NCBI GenBank assembly: GCA_034674825.1
Contig: JAUCDU010000001.1
Coordinates: 1-33,800, forward strand
DNA from: Giesbergeria sp.
GTDB lineage: Bacteria > Pseudomonadota > Gammaproteobacteria > Burkholderiales > Burkholderiaceae_C
Direction of reading: 5' to 3'
Length of the DNA: 33,800 nucleotides
Numbering within the stretch: position 1 is the stretch's first letter; each line of letters starts with the position of its first letter. Below are positions 9,300-17,564 of the stretch, piece by piece. Under the pieces are notes generated by a model. That model worked only from the letters and a program-made list of their open reading frames with translations. It had not been told where the DNA came from and searched no databases. A program made the translations under genes and the position numbers.

Positions 9300-10933
9300 C
9301 GGCGTTCGCGCAGCGGCGCGTCTTTGGGGTAGCTCAACACGTGTTCAGCGGCAAAACTCGCGCTGGCGCCAGCCGCCAGGCTCTGCTGCCACAGCACGGT
9401 ACCGGGTGTGCCGGCAAAAGCGAGGCTGGCCGGCTGCGGCGTGTAGCGCGAGGCAACCTCGATTTTTTCGTCGCGCGACACTGGCGCGGCGTGCAGCACC
9501 TGCAGTTCAATGGCGCCCGTGTGGCGGTTGTCCACGCGGTAGCGGCTTTGCACGGTGCGCTCGGTGCGCGAGCCGGTCAGGCCGGCGCTGCCGCGCTGCT
9601 CCTGCACCGGGTCGGCGTGTACCGTGACCTGGTCGTCGCGGCCAAATGAGAGTTCGGTTGTAGCGGTGTCGGCAGCGGCGGTGAAATCGAGCCGACCATT
9701 GCCGACGAAGCGGCTGCCTTGCAGCAGCGCCACCGGCCCCGCAGGCCAGACGCCGCTTGGGCGCGCCAGTTCGGCCACCAGGTAAGCCGCTTGCTCCACG
9801 GCGGGCGCGGTGCGCGTCAGCAATCGCACCGGGGCATCGACGGTGCCCAGCGCCAGCGTGACGCGCTCGCCGCTGCTGGGGATGCTGGTGCGGCCGGGCA
9901 CAGCGAACTCGGTGGCGTAGGCGCCCTCTTCGGTCTGCACCTCGAAGTTGGGCAGCGGTGCTTCGGCGATATCGGCCTCCAGCGCCGCACGCGGTGCGGA
10001 AGCGCCCTTGGACAGAGCCATCACCGGCGCGGGGGCGGGGGGTGGGGGTGGCGGCGCGAGGTCCAGCGTCCACGGGCGCGGCAGGCGGCCCTGGGTGCTG
10101 CGCGCCGGAGCCCCGGTCGAGAGGCGCAGTTGCACGCCGCTCCAGTCCTCGCCGCTGGCCTGGGCGACGATGGCCTGGCGCTCCAGGCGAAATTTGGAGG
10201 TTTCAGCATCCAGCGTGGCGCGGTAGCTGCTTTGCCAGTTCGGGCCGCGCACCTGGTAGGCCAGGCGCAGCGTGGATTCGCGTTCGCTCGCCAGTTGCAC
10301 CCGCACGCTGACGACGCGCGAGCGCTGGCCCGCGGTGCGCTCGCGCTCTGCCAGCAGGGGTTTGAGGCGCAGTTCCAGCGCTTCTTTCTCGCGCAATAGT
10401 TGGTGGCTGCGTTTCTGCCCGTCTTCGGCGCCGCGGCGCAGGGCGTCGGCGGTGGCCTGAATTTGCGCAGCGCTGGCGGGCGCGCTCTTACTGCCCTCGG
10501 AGGGCGCGCCGGTGGCCACGGAATGGAGATCGCTGTCCACGAGCTTGAGCGCACTGGCGGCGGCCGCCACGTTGGCGAGATCGTCCTGCAGGCTGCGGAT
10601 TTTGGCGTCCAGCGGGCTGGCACAAGCGCTGACCAGGGCGCGCTCTGTGGTCTCGACGCGCAGTTCGCCAACGCGCAGGCCGGCGTCTGCGCTCACCTGC
10701 AGGCTTTGCGCGTCCAGCGCGGCTGGCAGGCAGACAAACCGGGCTTCGCGCGCGCCGGCGGGCACGCGCAGGCTGCGCTCCACGGTGGCGCTGCCCTGGT
10801 AGAGCGTGACCTTGTCGATGCGGGACGCGGGCTCGGGCGACTGGGCGTGCGCGACCTGGCCCAGAGCGCACAGCAGCGCCGCGCCGCAGAGGGCTGCGCG
10901 TCGGATCGGCAGAAGACGGTTGCATGGGGGCAT
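9296..10933 (-). CDS. DUF4139/DUF4140-domain secreted protein
   Basis: Signal peptide (..QVAHA), IDKVTLYQGSATVER, a coiled coil, YRATLD and Q.SGEDWSGVQLRLST. Start approximate. Confidence 0.78.
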   Translation of the reverse strand: MPPCNRLLPIRRAALCGAALLCALGQVAHAQSPEPASRIDKVTLYQGSATVERSLRVPAGAREARFVCLPAALDAQSLQVSADAGLRVGELRVETTERALVSACASPLDAKIRSLQDDLANVAAAASALKLVDSDLHSVATGAPSEGSKSAPASAAQIQATADALRRGAEDGQKRSHQLLREKEALELRLKPLLAERERTAGQRSRVVSVRVQLASERESTLRLAYQVRGPNWQSSYRATLDAETSKFRLERQAIVAQASGEDWSGVQLRLSTGAPARSTQGRLPRPWTLDLAPPPPPPAPAPVMALSKGASAPRAALEADIAEAPLPNFEVQTEEGAYATEFAVPGRTSIPSSGERVTLALGTVDAPVRLLTRTAPAVEQAAYLVAELARPSGVWPAGPVALLQGSRFVGNGRLDFTAAADTATTELSFGRDDQVTVHADPVQEQRGSAGLTGSRTERTVQSRYRVDNRHTGAIELQVLHAAPVSRDEKIEVASRYTPQPASLAFAGTPGTVLWQQSLAAGASASFAAEHVLSYPKDAPLRERR

Positions 10934-11011
10934 GAAAAAACCTTGTGCGGTGGGCGAACGGGCCCATGCTATCGCAGGCATTGCCGCTTGCCCTGAGCGG
11001 CGCGGCCGCTT

Positions 11012-11986
11012 TCAGGCGAAATGGTCGAACGAAGCGAAAGTGGTAGCCAGTAGCCGACCCGCGCCGTCCAGCACACGCAGGCCACTTTGTTTTTCGGTCT
11101 GGCCAATACGTGTCACGGGCGTAGCCGCAGCGCGCGCTGTCGCTTCGACCTGCGCGCGGGCCGACGGCGGAGCGGTAAACGCGAGTTCGTAATCGTCGCC
11201 GCCAGCCAGCACGCACTGCAGCCAAAAGTTTTGGTCAATTTGGCTTCCAGCGCTTATTCTATAAGCGTTAGCAGCTATCAAATTAGGTATTTCAACTGCT
11301 TGAATACTGGCCCCCACGCCGGAGGCGCGCAGCACATGTCCCAAGTCGCCGGTGAGCCCGTCGCTTAAATCAATGGCGCTGGTGGCGATGCCGCGCAGCG
11401 CCAGGCCGAGGGCGACGCGCGGGCTCGGGCGCTCAAGCCGCGCTTGCGCGCGGACCAGCACCTCTTCGGCCAGCACGATGCCGTCTCGCAGGGCTTCGAG
11501 CGCCAGGCGCGCGTCGCCCAGCGTTCCGCTGACATAGATGTCGTCGCCCGGCTGGGCGCCGCTGCGCAGCAAGGCCTGGCCAGCGGGTACCTCGCCAAAC
11601 ACGGTAATGCAGATATTGAGGGGCCCGCGCGTGGTGTCGCCCCCCACCAGCTCGCAGCCGTGGGCGTCGGCCAGCGCCAGCAGGCCGCGCGCAAACGCGG
11701 CGAGCCAGGCATCGTCCTGCTGCGGCAGGGCCAGGGCCAGCGTGAACCCGAGTGGTTCGGCGCCGCAGGCGGCCAGGTCCGAGAGGTTGACCGCCAAGGC
11801 TTTGTGGCCCAACGCTTCGGGGTCGGTGCCGGCAAAGAAATGCCGCCCCTCGACCAGCATGTCGGACGAGACGGCGATCTGCATGCCGGAGCGCGGCGCC
11901 AGCAGCGCGCAATCGTCGCCCACGCCCAGCGCCGCGCGGCGCACCGGGCGCTTGAAATGCCTGGCAATCAGATCGAATTCACCCAT
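11012..11986 (-). CDS. thiL: Thiamine-monophosphate kinase
   Basis: MGEFDLI, GVGDDCA, AVNLSDLAA, GGDTT, IDLSDGL and GGDDYEL motifs. Confidence 0.95.
   Translation of the reverse strand: MGEFDLIARHFKRPVRRAALGVGDDCALLAPRSGMQIAVSSDMLVEGRHFFAGTDPEALGHKALAVNLSDLAACGAEPLGFTLALALPQQDDAWLAAFARGLLALADAHGCELVGGDTTRGPLNICITVFGEVPAGQALLRSGAQPGDDIYVSGTLGDARLALEALRDGIVLAEEVLVRAQARLERPSPRVALGLALRGIATSAIDLSDGLTGDLGHVLRASGVGASIQAVEIPNLIAANAYRISAGSQIDQNFWLQCVLAGGDDYELAFTAPPSARAQVEATARAAATPVTRIGQTEKQSGLRVLDGAGRLLATTFASFDHFA
11234..11290 (-). repeat. 57-bp intragenic motif, copy B (inside thiL)
   Basis: Minus strand reads ATACCTAATTTGATAGCTGCTAACGCTTATAGAATAAGCGCTGGAAGCCAAATTGAC. It is a strongly AT-rich patch with the perfect hairpin CGCTTAT-AGA-ATAAGCG. 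Confidence 0.8.
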
Positions 11987-12060
11987 GGGTATGCATTGTG
12001 TTGGCAATGGTGGGCAGCAGATCAATTCGTCGCCACAGCGTGGCACTGGCGCGCTGCCGC

Positions 12061-12142
12061 CCAGCAGCCCCCGCGCAAGGGCCGCCCCGCGGCGCTGGGG
12101 GTGTCCCCCTGGGGCGATGGCGCCGAAGGCGACTCAGGGGGG
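12061..12142. repeat. GC-rich REP-like palindromic intergenic element
   Basis: Nested hairpins (TCCCCCT..AGGGGG; CGCC-GAA-GGCG). Its minus strand shares TCGCCTTCGGCG with the element at ~32364, and it overlaps the ybdK stop codon. Confidence 0.55.
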
Positions 12143-13258
12143 AGCTCCTCTAAACCTCTGGGCCGCTTGCCGGCACACTTCGGCCAGCAGTTGCTCTTCG
12201 CGCTGACGCTCGCGCAGCCAGCGTGCGTCGTTCTGGCCGCCGGCCGCCTCGCTGCGCAGCAGGTGCAGGGCGCCCGAGGCGCCATGCGCCGCCGCATGCC
12301 CGGCAATCTGGTCGATGGTGCGCATGATGTGCTCGCGCAGCGGCATGTGGCTGCCGGTGGCCGGGTCCACATAGACCGCATCCATGCCGAAGCGGCAGGC
12401 CTGGAAACGGTTGTAGGTGTAGACGAGGTAATCGTCTTCGGTCGGGATGAAGGGCTGGTCGTTCAGAAACCAGGCGCCGAGCGACTGCACAAAGCCAGCC
12501 AGCGCCGCAGCGCGCTCGATCGTGAGCGGCGTGTCGAACACGCGGATTTCAATCGTGCCGAATTCGGGCTTGGGGCGAATGTCCCAGTAGAAATCCTTCA
12601 TGCTCTTGACCACGCCGGTGTGCGTCATCTTGTTGAAGTAGATCTCGAAGTCGGCCCAGGTCAGCGCCATCGGCGCGCGCCCCGAGAGCGGGAAGGCAAA
12701 CACCGAATTGAGCCGCGCCGAGTCAAAGGCGGTGTCCTGCCCCTGCACATAGGGGCTGGACGCCGAGAGCGCGATGAAGTGCGGAATGAAGCGCGACATG
12801 CGGTGCAGCATGAGCAGCGCGGAATCGGCATCCGGGCAGCCGATGTGCACATGCTGGCCGAAGATGGTGAACTGCTTGGACAGGTAGCCATACAGCGCAG
12901 AGAGCTCGCGAAAGCGCTGCTTGTCGTAAATGCGGCGCTCATGCCACTGCTGGAACGGGTGCGTGCCGCCGCCCAGTACGGCGATGTTGAGCTTGTCGGC
13001 GCATTTCACCAGCGCGTCGCGAATCTGCGTCAACTGCCCCAGCACCTCGCTGCTGGAATGGCAGATGCCGGTCGAAACTTCGAGCATGCCGCTGGTCATC
13101 TCGGGCACCACGGTGCCCGGCAGCGGGTGGCGCTCCATCAGACGCAGCATGTCGTCGGCGTAGGGCGCCAGGTCGTAGTTGTGCGTGTTGACGAGTTGCA
13201 GTTCCAGCTCGACGCCGAGGGTCAGCGGCTCTGAATGGTTGAAGGCCTCAAGACTCAT
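12134..13258 (-). CDS. ybdK: YbdK-family carboxylate-amine ligase (glutamate--cysteine ligase 2)
   Basis: [31 protein letters not shown] and [19 protein letters not shown] motifs. Confidence 0.92.
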   Translation of the reverse strand: MSLEAFNHSEPLTLGVELELQLVNTHNYDLAPYADDMLRLMERHPLPGTVVPEMTSGMLEVSTGICHSSSEVLGQLTQIRDALVKCADKLNIAVLGGGTHPFQQWHERRIYDKQRFRELSALYGYLSKQFTIFGQHVHIGCPDADSALLMLHRMSRFIPHFIALSASSPYVQGQDTAFDSARLNSVFAFPLSGRAPMALTWADFEIYFNKMTHTGVVKSMKDFYWDIRPKPEFGTIEIRVFDTPLTIERAAALAGFVQSLGAWFLNDQPFIPTEDDYLVYTYNRFQACRFGMDAVYVDPATGSHMPLREHIMRTIDQIAGHAAAHGASGALHLLRSEAAGGQNDARWLRERQREEQLLAEVCRQAAQRFRGAPP

Positions 13259-14504
13259 GCTGGTCTCCGGTGCTCACGCGCGTTGTCAGGGGCCAGGGCT
13301 TGGAGCTTTCGCCCGCCTGGTAGATCGCCAGCGTGCAGATCACCGCGCCGACCACTTCCATCAGCAGGATGGCGGGCAGCGCAATGCCGGCAATCATCGG
13401 CCCGGTCTCGGGCGAAGCGAGTACAAACTGCGAGGCAATCAGCAGCGCGATGGACGACATTGGCGTCATCGCACTGGCGACCCACAGCGCCTGGCGCCAG
13501 CTGGCGCCACTGCCGGCATTGCCCAGTGCCACGCCGACGACTTTGGCCAGCAGGCGCACTGCGATCAGCGCCAGCACAAGGCCGGCCACGCGCCCGCTCC
13601 AGTCGGCCTGCGCGGCGACGGTGGAGACGAGCACGAACATCAGCATGGTGAGCAGCGCCGAGGCATTGCCCAGATGGCGCGGCCAGGCCCACGGGCGCGG
13701 GTTGAGTTGCTTGAGCATCATGGCGCCGAGCAGTGCCGCCAGCGGCGCCGATCCCCCCAGATGGGCGGCCACGGCGGTGGACGCGGCCACCAGCGTCAGC
13801 AGCAGCAAGGAGGTGTTCTCGCTGGTCGGGCTCATGAAGCGCAGGGCCGTGCGCAGCGCCAGTGCCAGCGCGGCGGCGACGACAATCGAGACACCGAGGA
13901 CCACCAGGACGGGATAGAACGTGTCGGTTATTGCCATCGCTGGGCGGGTGAGCAAGCCCGCGCTTGCGCTGCCCAGCGTCAGCGCGTACAGCGTCGAGAG
14001 CGTGGCCAGCACGATGGCGCGCTCGGTCACCGGGCCGGCGGCGCGGGTATCGGACACCACCCGCGTCAGCACCGAGGGCGAGGCAGCCAAGGCCACCAGT
14101 GCCAGAGGGCCGGCAACGCGCACTTCCAGCCCCAGCCACACCAGGGTCCAGTACACGGCGAAATAGGTCAGCGCCGATTCGGCGAAACTTTGCACCAGCA
14201 CCATCGGGTTGTGGCGAAACCAGCGCAGCGGAATGCGCCCGCCGGCCTCGAACAGCACGACGGCAAGGCCAAGTTCCAGCAGGAACAGGCTGGTGCCCTG
14301 CAGCGGCCAGGGCGCGCCACTGAAACCGGCCAGGCCCGCCAAGGTGCCCACCAGCGTGTAGCCCACGACCTTGGGCAGGCCGATATGGCGCTGCAGCAGA
14401 TGGCCTGCAATGGCCGCCAAGGCAAGCAGCAGCGACCACTGCACCGTGGGGATTCCCGCCGAGGGGCGCAGCCACTGGGCCCAGAAGCTCAGTATTTCGT
14501 TCAT
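13248..14504 (-). CDS. Cation:proton antiporter (Na_H_Exchanger-fold) membrane protein, paralog 1
   Basis: About 12 hydrophobic helices with [18 protein letters not shown] and AGPVTER. Overlaps the ybdK start; start placed at MNEIL. Confidence 0.8.
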   Translation of the reverse strand: MNEILSFWAQWLRPSAGIPTVQWSLLLALAAIAGHLLQRHIGLPKVVGYTLVGTLAGLAGFSGAPWPLQGTSLFLLELGLAVVLFEAGGRIPLRWFRHNPMVLVQSFAESALTYFAVYWTLVWLGLEVRVAGPLALVALAASPSVLTRVVSDTRAAGPVTERAIVLATLSTLYALTLGSASAGLLTRPAMAITDTFYPVLVVLGVSIVVAAALALALRTALRFMSPTSENTSLLLLTLVAASTAVAAHLGGSAPLAALLGAMMLKQLNPRPWAWPRHLGNASALLTMLMFVLVSTVAAQADWSGRVAGLVLALIAVRLLAKVVGVALGNAGSGASWRQALWVASAMTPMSSIALLIASQFVLASPETGPMIAGIALPAILLMEVVGAVICTLAIYQAGESSKPWPLTTRVSTGDQHES

Positions 14505-14743
14505 CAATCGGTTCCTTCTGTCTGCAGGCATGGCCGTGCAGACCCGTTGTCCACGCGCGGACGGGCTTTCCGGTCCCGCAAATACGTATGCATCCAGCCG
14601 CCCCGCACCGCGGTGGTTTGCGCCTTGTCGCGGCGCGAGAACCCGTGGCTGCAGCAGCGGCGCTCAGCTACTGGGCAGGCCGATGGCAGCCAAGCGAATA
14701 TACAAGGCACCCCAGCGCCGATACGCAAGCGCGCCCCTGGCGC

Positions 14744-16021
14744 TCAGGCGCTGCTCGCCAGGTCGGCGTCCCCTACCGGTTTGGTCGGCACTGAGGTGGA
14801 TGGTTCGGTTTCGGGCTTGGGCGCGCCATTCTCTACCACCTTGTCACCCGACCAGCGCAGCGCCCGCGCCGCGATCGGCGGCCCTATGGTTTCCAGCAAC
14901 GCCACGGCAGCCAGCACCACCGAGCCTACCAATGCGCCTTTTTCCGGAAACAGGGTGAGCGTGGTGTTGACCAACCCGATCGCCAGTCCCGCCATGGGCA
15001 GCAGCAGCAGGCCCGTGCTGCAGGCCTGGCGCGGGGTGGCGCCCAGCAGCAGCGCCGAGCCGCCCACCCCCAGCCACTTGGCAGCGCCACGTGCGCCCAC
15101 GAACATCAGCACGGCGGGCCAGTAGTCCAGAATTTCCGCAATGTGCAGGTTGGCGCCGGCATAGACGAAGAGCACGATGAAGAACAATTCGAACGAGGGG
15201 CCGAAATCAATGCTGGCAATGAGTTTGGCCCGCTCCATGCTGCGCACCACCATGCCCAGGACCAGCGGCGCAAACAGGGCCGAGAGTTTGAACGCCATCG
15301 CCGCGCCAACGGTCATCATCACCGCGCCGATGACCAGGGCCAGCCGGTATTGCTCTGCCACCTTGGTCTTGCGCGCGGCCAGGTGCAACAGGCCCCCGAT
15401 GGTCAGGCCCAGCGCAGCAGAGCCCAGCACCTGGTAGAGCGGGGCGCCAATCATGACGCTGATGGGCGCATTGCGTTCGCCGTAGAGGGCCGGCAAGACA
15501 GCAGCAAACGCAATGAAAGCGATCACGTTGTTCAGGGCCACCAGCAGCATGGCGCGCTCGGTCACCGGGCCGGAGGCCTTGAGTTCGTGCGCCACATGGA
15601 TGAGCACCGCCGGCGAAGAGGAAATCGCGATGGTGCCTATGACCGCCGCCGCGAGCCCCGTGACGCCCACCAGTCCCAGGCCGAAATAGACGGCGGCAAA
15701 GGTCAGGGCGCTCTCGGCAAGAGACACCAGCGCCACCTGCCGGTCCTGGGCAAAGCGTTTGGCGTCGATCGACAGGCCCAGACGGTACAGAATCAGCGCC
15801 AGCGCCACATCCACGACGATGCGCGACTGCGCCAGTCCCGACTCGGTGATCAGTCCGAGCACATTCGGGCCGGCAACGAAGCCGACTGCCATGAACCCGG
15901 TAATGCTGGGCAGCCACCGCCAGCGGTGAGCGAAATACCCCCCTAACGCACCGCAAAAGAGCAGAAAACCAAAGAAAAACAGCGTATTGACCGAAAACGG
16001 CCAGCTTGGGAGGAAATCCAT
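14744..16021 (-). CDS. Cation:proton antiporter membrane protein, paralog 2
   Basis: LPSITGFMAVGFVAGPNVLG, ILYRLG, SGPVTER, FVYAGANL and ETIGPP motifs. Confidence 0.82.
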   Translation of the reverse strand: MDFLPSWPFSVNTLFFFGFLLFCGALGGYFAHRWRWLPSITGFMAVGFVAGPNVLGLITESGLAQSRIVVDVALALILYRLGLSIDAKRFAQDRQVALVSLAESALTFAAVYFGLGLVGVTGLAAAVIGTIAISSSPAVLIHVAHELKASGPVTERAMLLVALNNVIAFIAFAAVLPALYGERNAPISVMIGAPLYQVLGSAALGLTIGGLLHLAARKTKVAEQYRLALVIGAVMMTVGAAMAFKLSALFAPLVLGMVVRSMERAKLIASIDFGPSFELFFIVLFVYAGANLHIAEILDYWPAVLMFVGARGAAKWLGVGGSALLLGATPRQACSTGLLLLPMAGLAIGLVNTTLTLFPEKGALVGSVVLAAVALLETIGPPIAARALRWSGDKVVENGAPKPETEPSTSVPTKPVGDADLASSA

Positions 16022-16030
16022 GAACGCCTT

Positions 16031-16420
16031 TCAGTGCAGCAGGCGCGCTGCAGCGCCCTGTGCGGCGTCCAGCACGAAGCGCGCAATCGGCACGTCAAAG
16101 GGTTCCCCCGCTTCGGTTACAAAGCGGTAGCTTCCCTCCATGCTGCCCGTGTCGCTGCGCAAGCGGCAGCCGCTGCTGTACTGAAACTGTTCGCCAGGCC
16201 CGAGCAGCGGTTGTTGGCCGACCACGCCCAGGCCCCGCACCTCGTCCTGCGGACCTTCGTCGTCCACGATCTTCCAGTGGCGCGCGATGAGCTGCGCCGG
16301 TTCGGTGCCGGTATTGGTGATCGTGATGGTGTAGCTGAAGGCGAACATGTGGCGCTCAGGCGCGGACTGCTCGGCCAGATAGGCCGTTTGCACGTCGATG
16401 TCAAATTGGGGCTGATGCAT
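16031..16420 (-). CDS. apaG: ApaG protein
   Basis: [30 protein letters not shown] and GSMEGSY motifs; divergent from rpe. Confidence 0.93.
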   Translation of the reverse strand: MHQPQFDIDVQTAYLAEQSAPERHMFAFSYTITITNTGTEPAQLIARHWKIVDDEGPQDEVRGLGVVGQQPLLGPGEQFQYSSGCRLRSDTGSMEGSYRFVTEAGEPFDVPIARFVLDAAQGAAARLLH

Positions 16421-16451
16421 GGCGCGCATGGTAACTGCGACAATCGCCGGC
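16421..16451. promoter_or_regulatory. Bidirectional promoter for leaderless apaG and rpe
   Basis: TACCAT (minus, 16428-16433) and GACAAT (plus, 16439-16444) each lie 7 nt from the respective ATG; no SD sequence is present. Confidence 0.55.
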
Positions 16452-17132
16452 ATGAGCCGCACCTTCCGCATTGCCCCTTCCATACTCTCGGCCGACTTCG
16501 CCCGCTTGGGCGAAGAAGTGCAGAGCGTCATCGCCGCTGGCGCCGACTGGATCCATTTCGACGTGATGGACAACCACTACGTGCCCAACCTTACTTTTGG
16601 GCCAATGGTCTGTCAGGCACTCAAGCCGCATGCGAAAACGGCAGCAGGTCTGCCGGTGCCAATTGACGTGCATTTGATGGTGCAGCCGGTCGATGCCTTG
16701 GCCGCCGCCTTTGCCGAGGCGGGCGCCGACTCCATCAGCTTCCACCCCGACGCTGCAGGGCACGTGCACCGCAGCATCCAGGCCATCCGCTCCAAGGGTG
16801 TGCGGCCCGGCCTGGTGTTCAACCCGGCCGAAACTCTGGACGTGCTGGACTGGGTGATCGAGGACATTGACCTGATTCTCATCATGAGCGTCAACCCCGG
16901 TTTTGGCGGGCAGAGTTTCATTGATTCCTCGCTGCGCAAGATCGAGGCGGTGCGGCGCCGCATCGACGCCTGCGGCAAGGACATCCGCCTGGAAGTCGAC
17001 GGCGGCATCAAAGAGGACAACATTCGCCGCGTGGCCAATGCCGGCGCCGATACCTTTGTTGCGGGCAGTGCCATTTTTGGCAAGGGCGACTACCGCGGCG
17101 TGATTGACCGCATGCGTCAGCAACTCGCCTGA
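16452..17132 (+). CDS. rpe: Ribulose-phosphate 3-epimerase
   Basis: [47 protein letters not shown] and VAGSAIF motifs. Confidence 0.96.
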   Translation: MSRTFRIAPSILSADFARLGEEVQSVIAAGADWIHFDVMDNHYVPNLTFGPMVCQALKPHAKTAAGLPVPIDVHLMVQPVDALAAAFAEAGADSISFHPDAAGHVHRSIQAIRSKGVRPGLVFNPAETLDVLDWVIEDIDLILIMSVNPGFGGQSFIDSSLRKIEAVRRRIDACGKDIRLEVDGGIKEDNIRRVANAGADTFVAGSAIFGKGDYRGVIDRMRQQLA

Positions 17133-17315
17133 CGCAGGCAGGCGGCCTGGCGCTGCAGCGTCGAGCCGCCGGGGGTAGCGAGCCGCGGCGTCGGGCGGCG
17201 CGGGGGCGCTTTCGGGTCCTTGGCTGACAGACATCATGCTGTGTGCGTCCCACCATGGTGCTTTGCAGTCAAAGCTTGGCGACGCCTGCCGCCGGCGAAA
17301 TTTAGGCGAAGCCCC

Positions 17316-17543
17316 ATGTCATCCCAAACCGCACTCTCCCTCACGCCGTCGCAAGTCGCCGGCGGCCCCTCCATGTCGGAAAAAGAAGGCCTGCAGCGTC
17401 ATCTGCACGAATGCGAACGTGCGAATGGTGCCTGGCACAGCGTTCGCTGCACGGCCGAAACCGTTGACGCATTCATGTCTGGCCGGTTTGTCAGCACGGT
17501 CGTCGTGGTCAGTGGCTTGCTCGCGGTAAGCGCTTACTGGTAA
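17316..17543 (+). CDS. Small hypothetical membrane protein (75 aa)
   Basis: ORF fills the gap before cgs on the same strand; it has a C-terminal hydrophobic helix and two HxxxC motifs. Start uncertain. Confidence 0.55.
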   Translation: MSSQTALSLTPSQVAGGPSMSEKEGLQRHLHECERANGAWHSVRCTAETVDAFMSGRFVSTVVVVSGLLAVSAYW

Positions 17544-17564
17544 CAGGCAACGATTCGCCTCCCC

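Noticed and set aside
10025-10056. G-rich tract as a repeat or G-quadruplex
   Set aside because: It encodes the Pro-rich linker (APPPPPPAPAP) of the DUF4139 protein.
14505-14743. Intergenic gap as an sRNA or small ORF
   Set aside because: No convincing promoter-terminator pair, RBS or protein-like ORF.
11444-15125. Long plus-strand ORFs (596 aa and 648 aa)
   Set aside because: Antisense shadows of thiL, ybdK and the antiporters, expected in high-GC DNA; no recognisable motifs.
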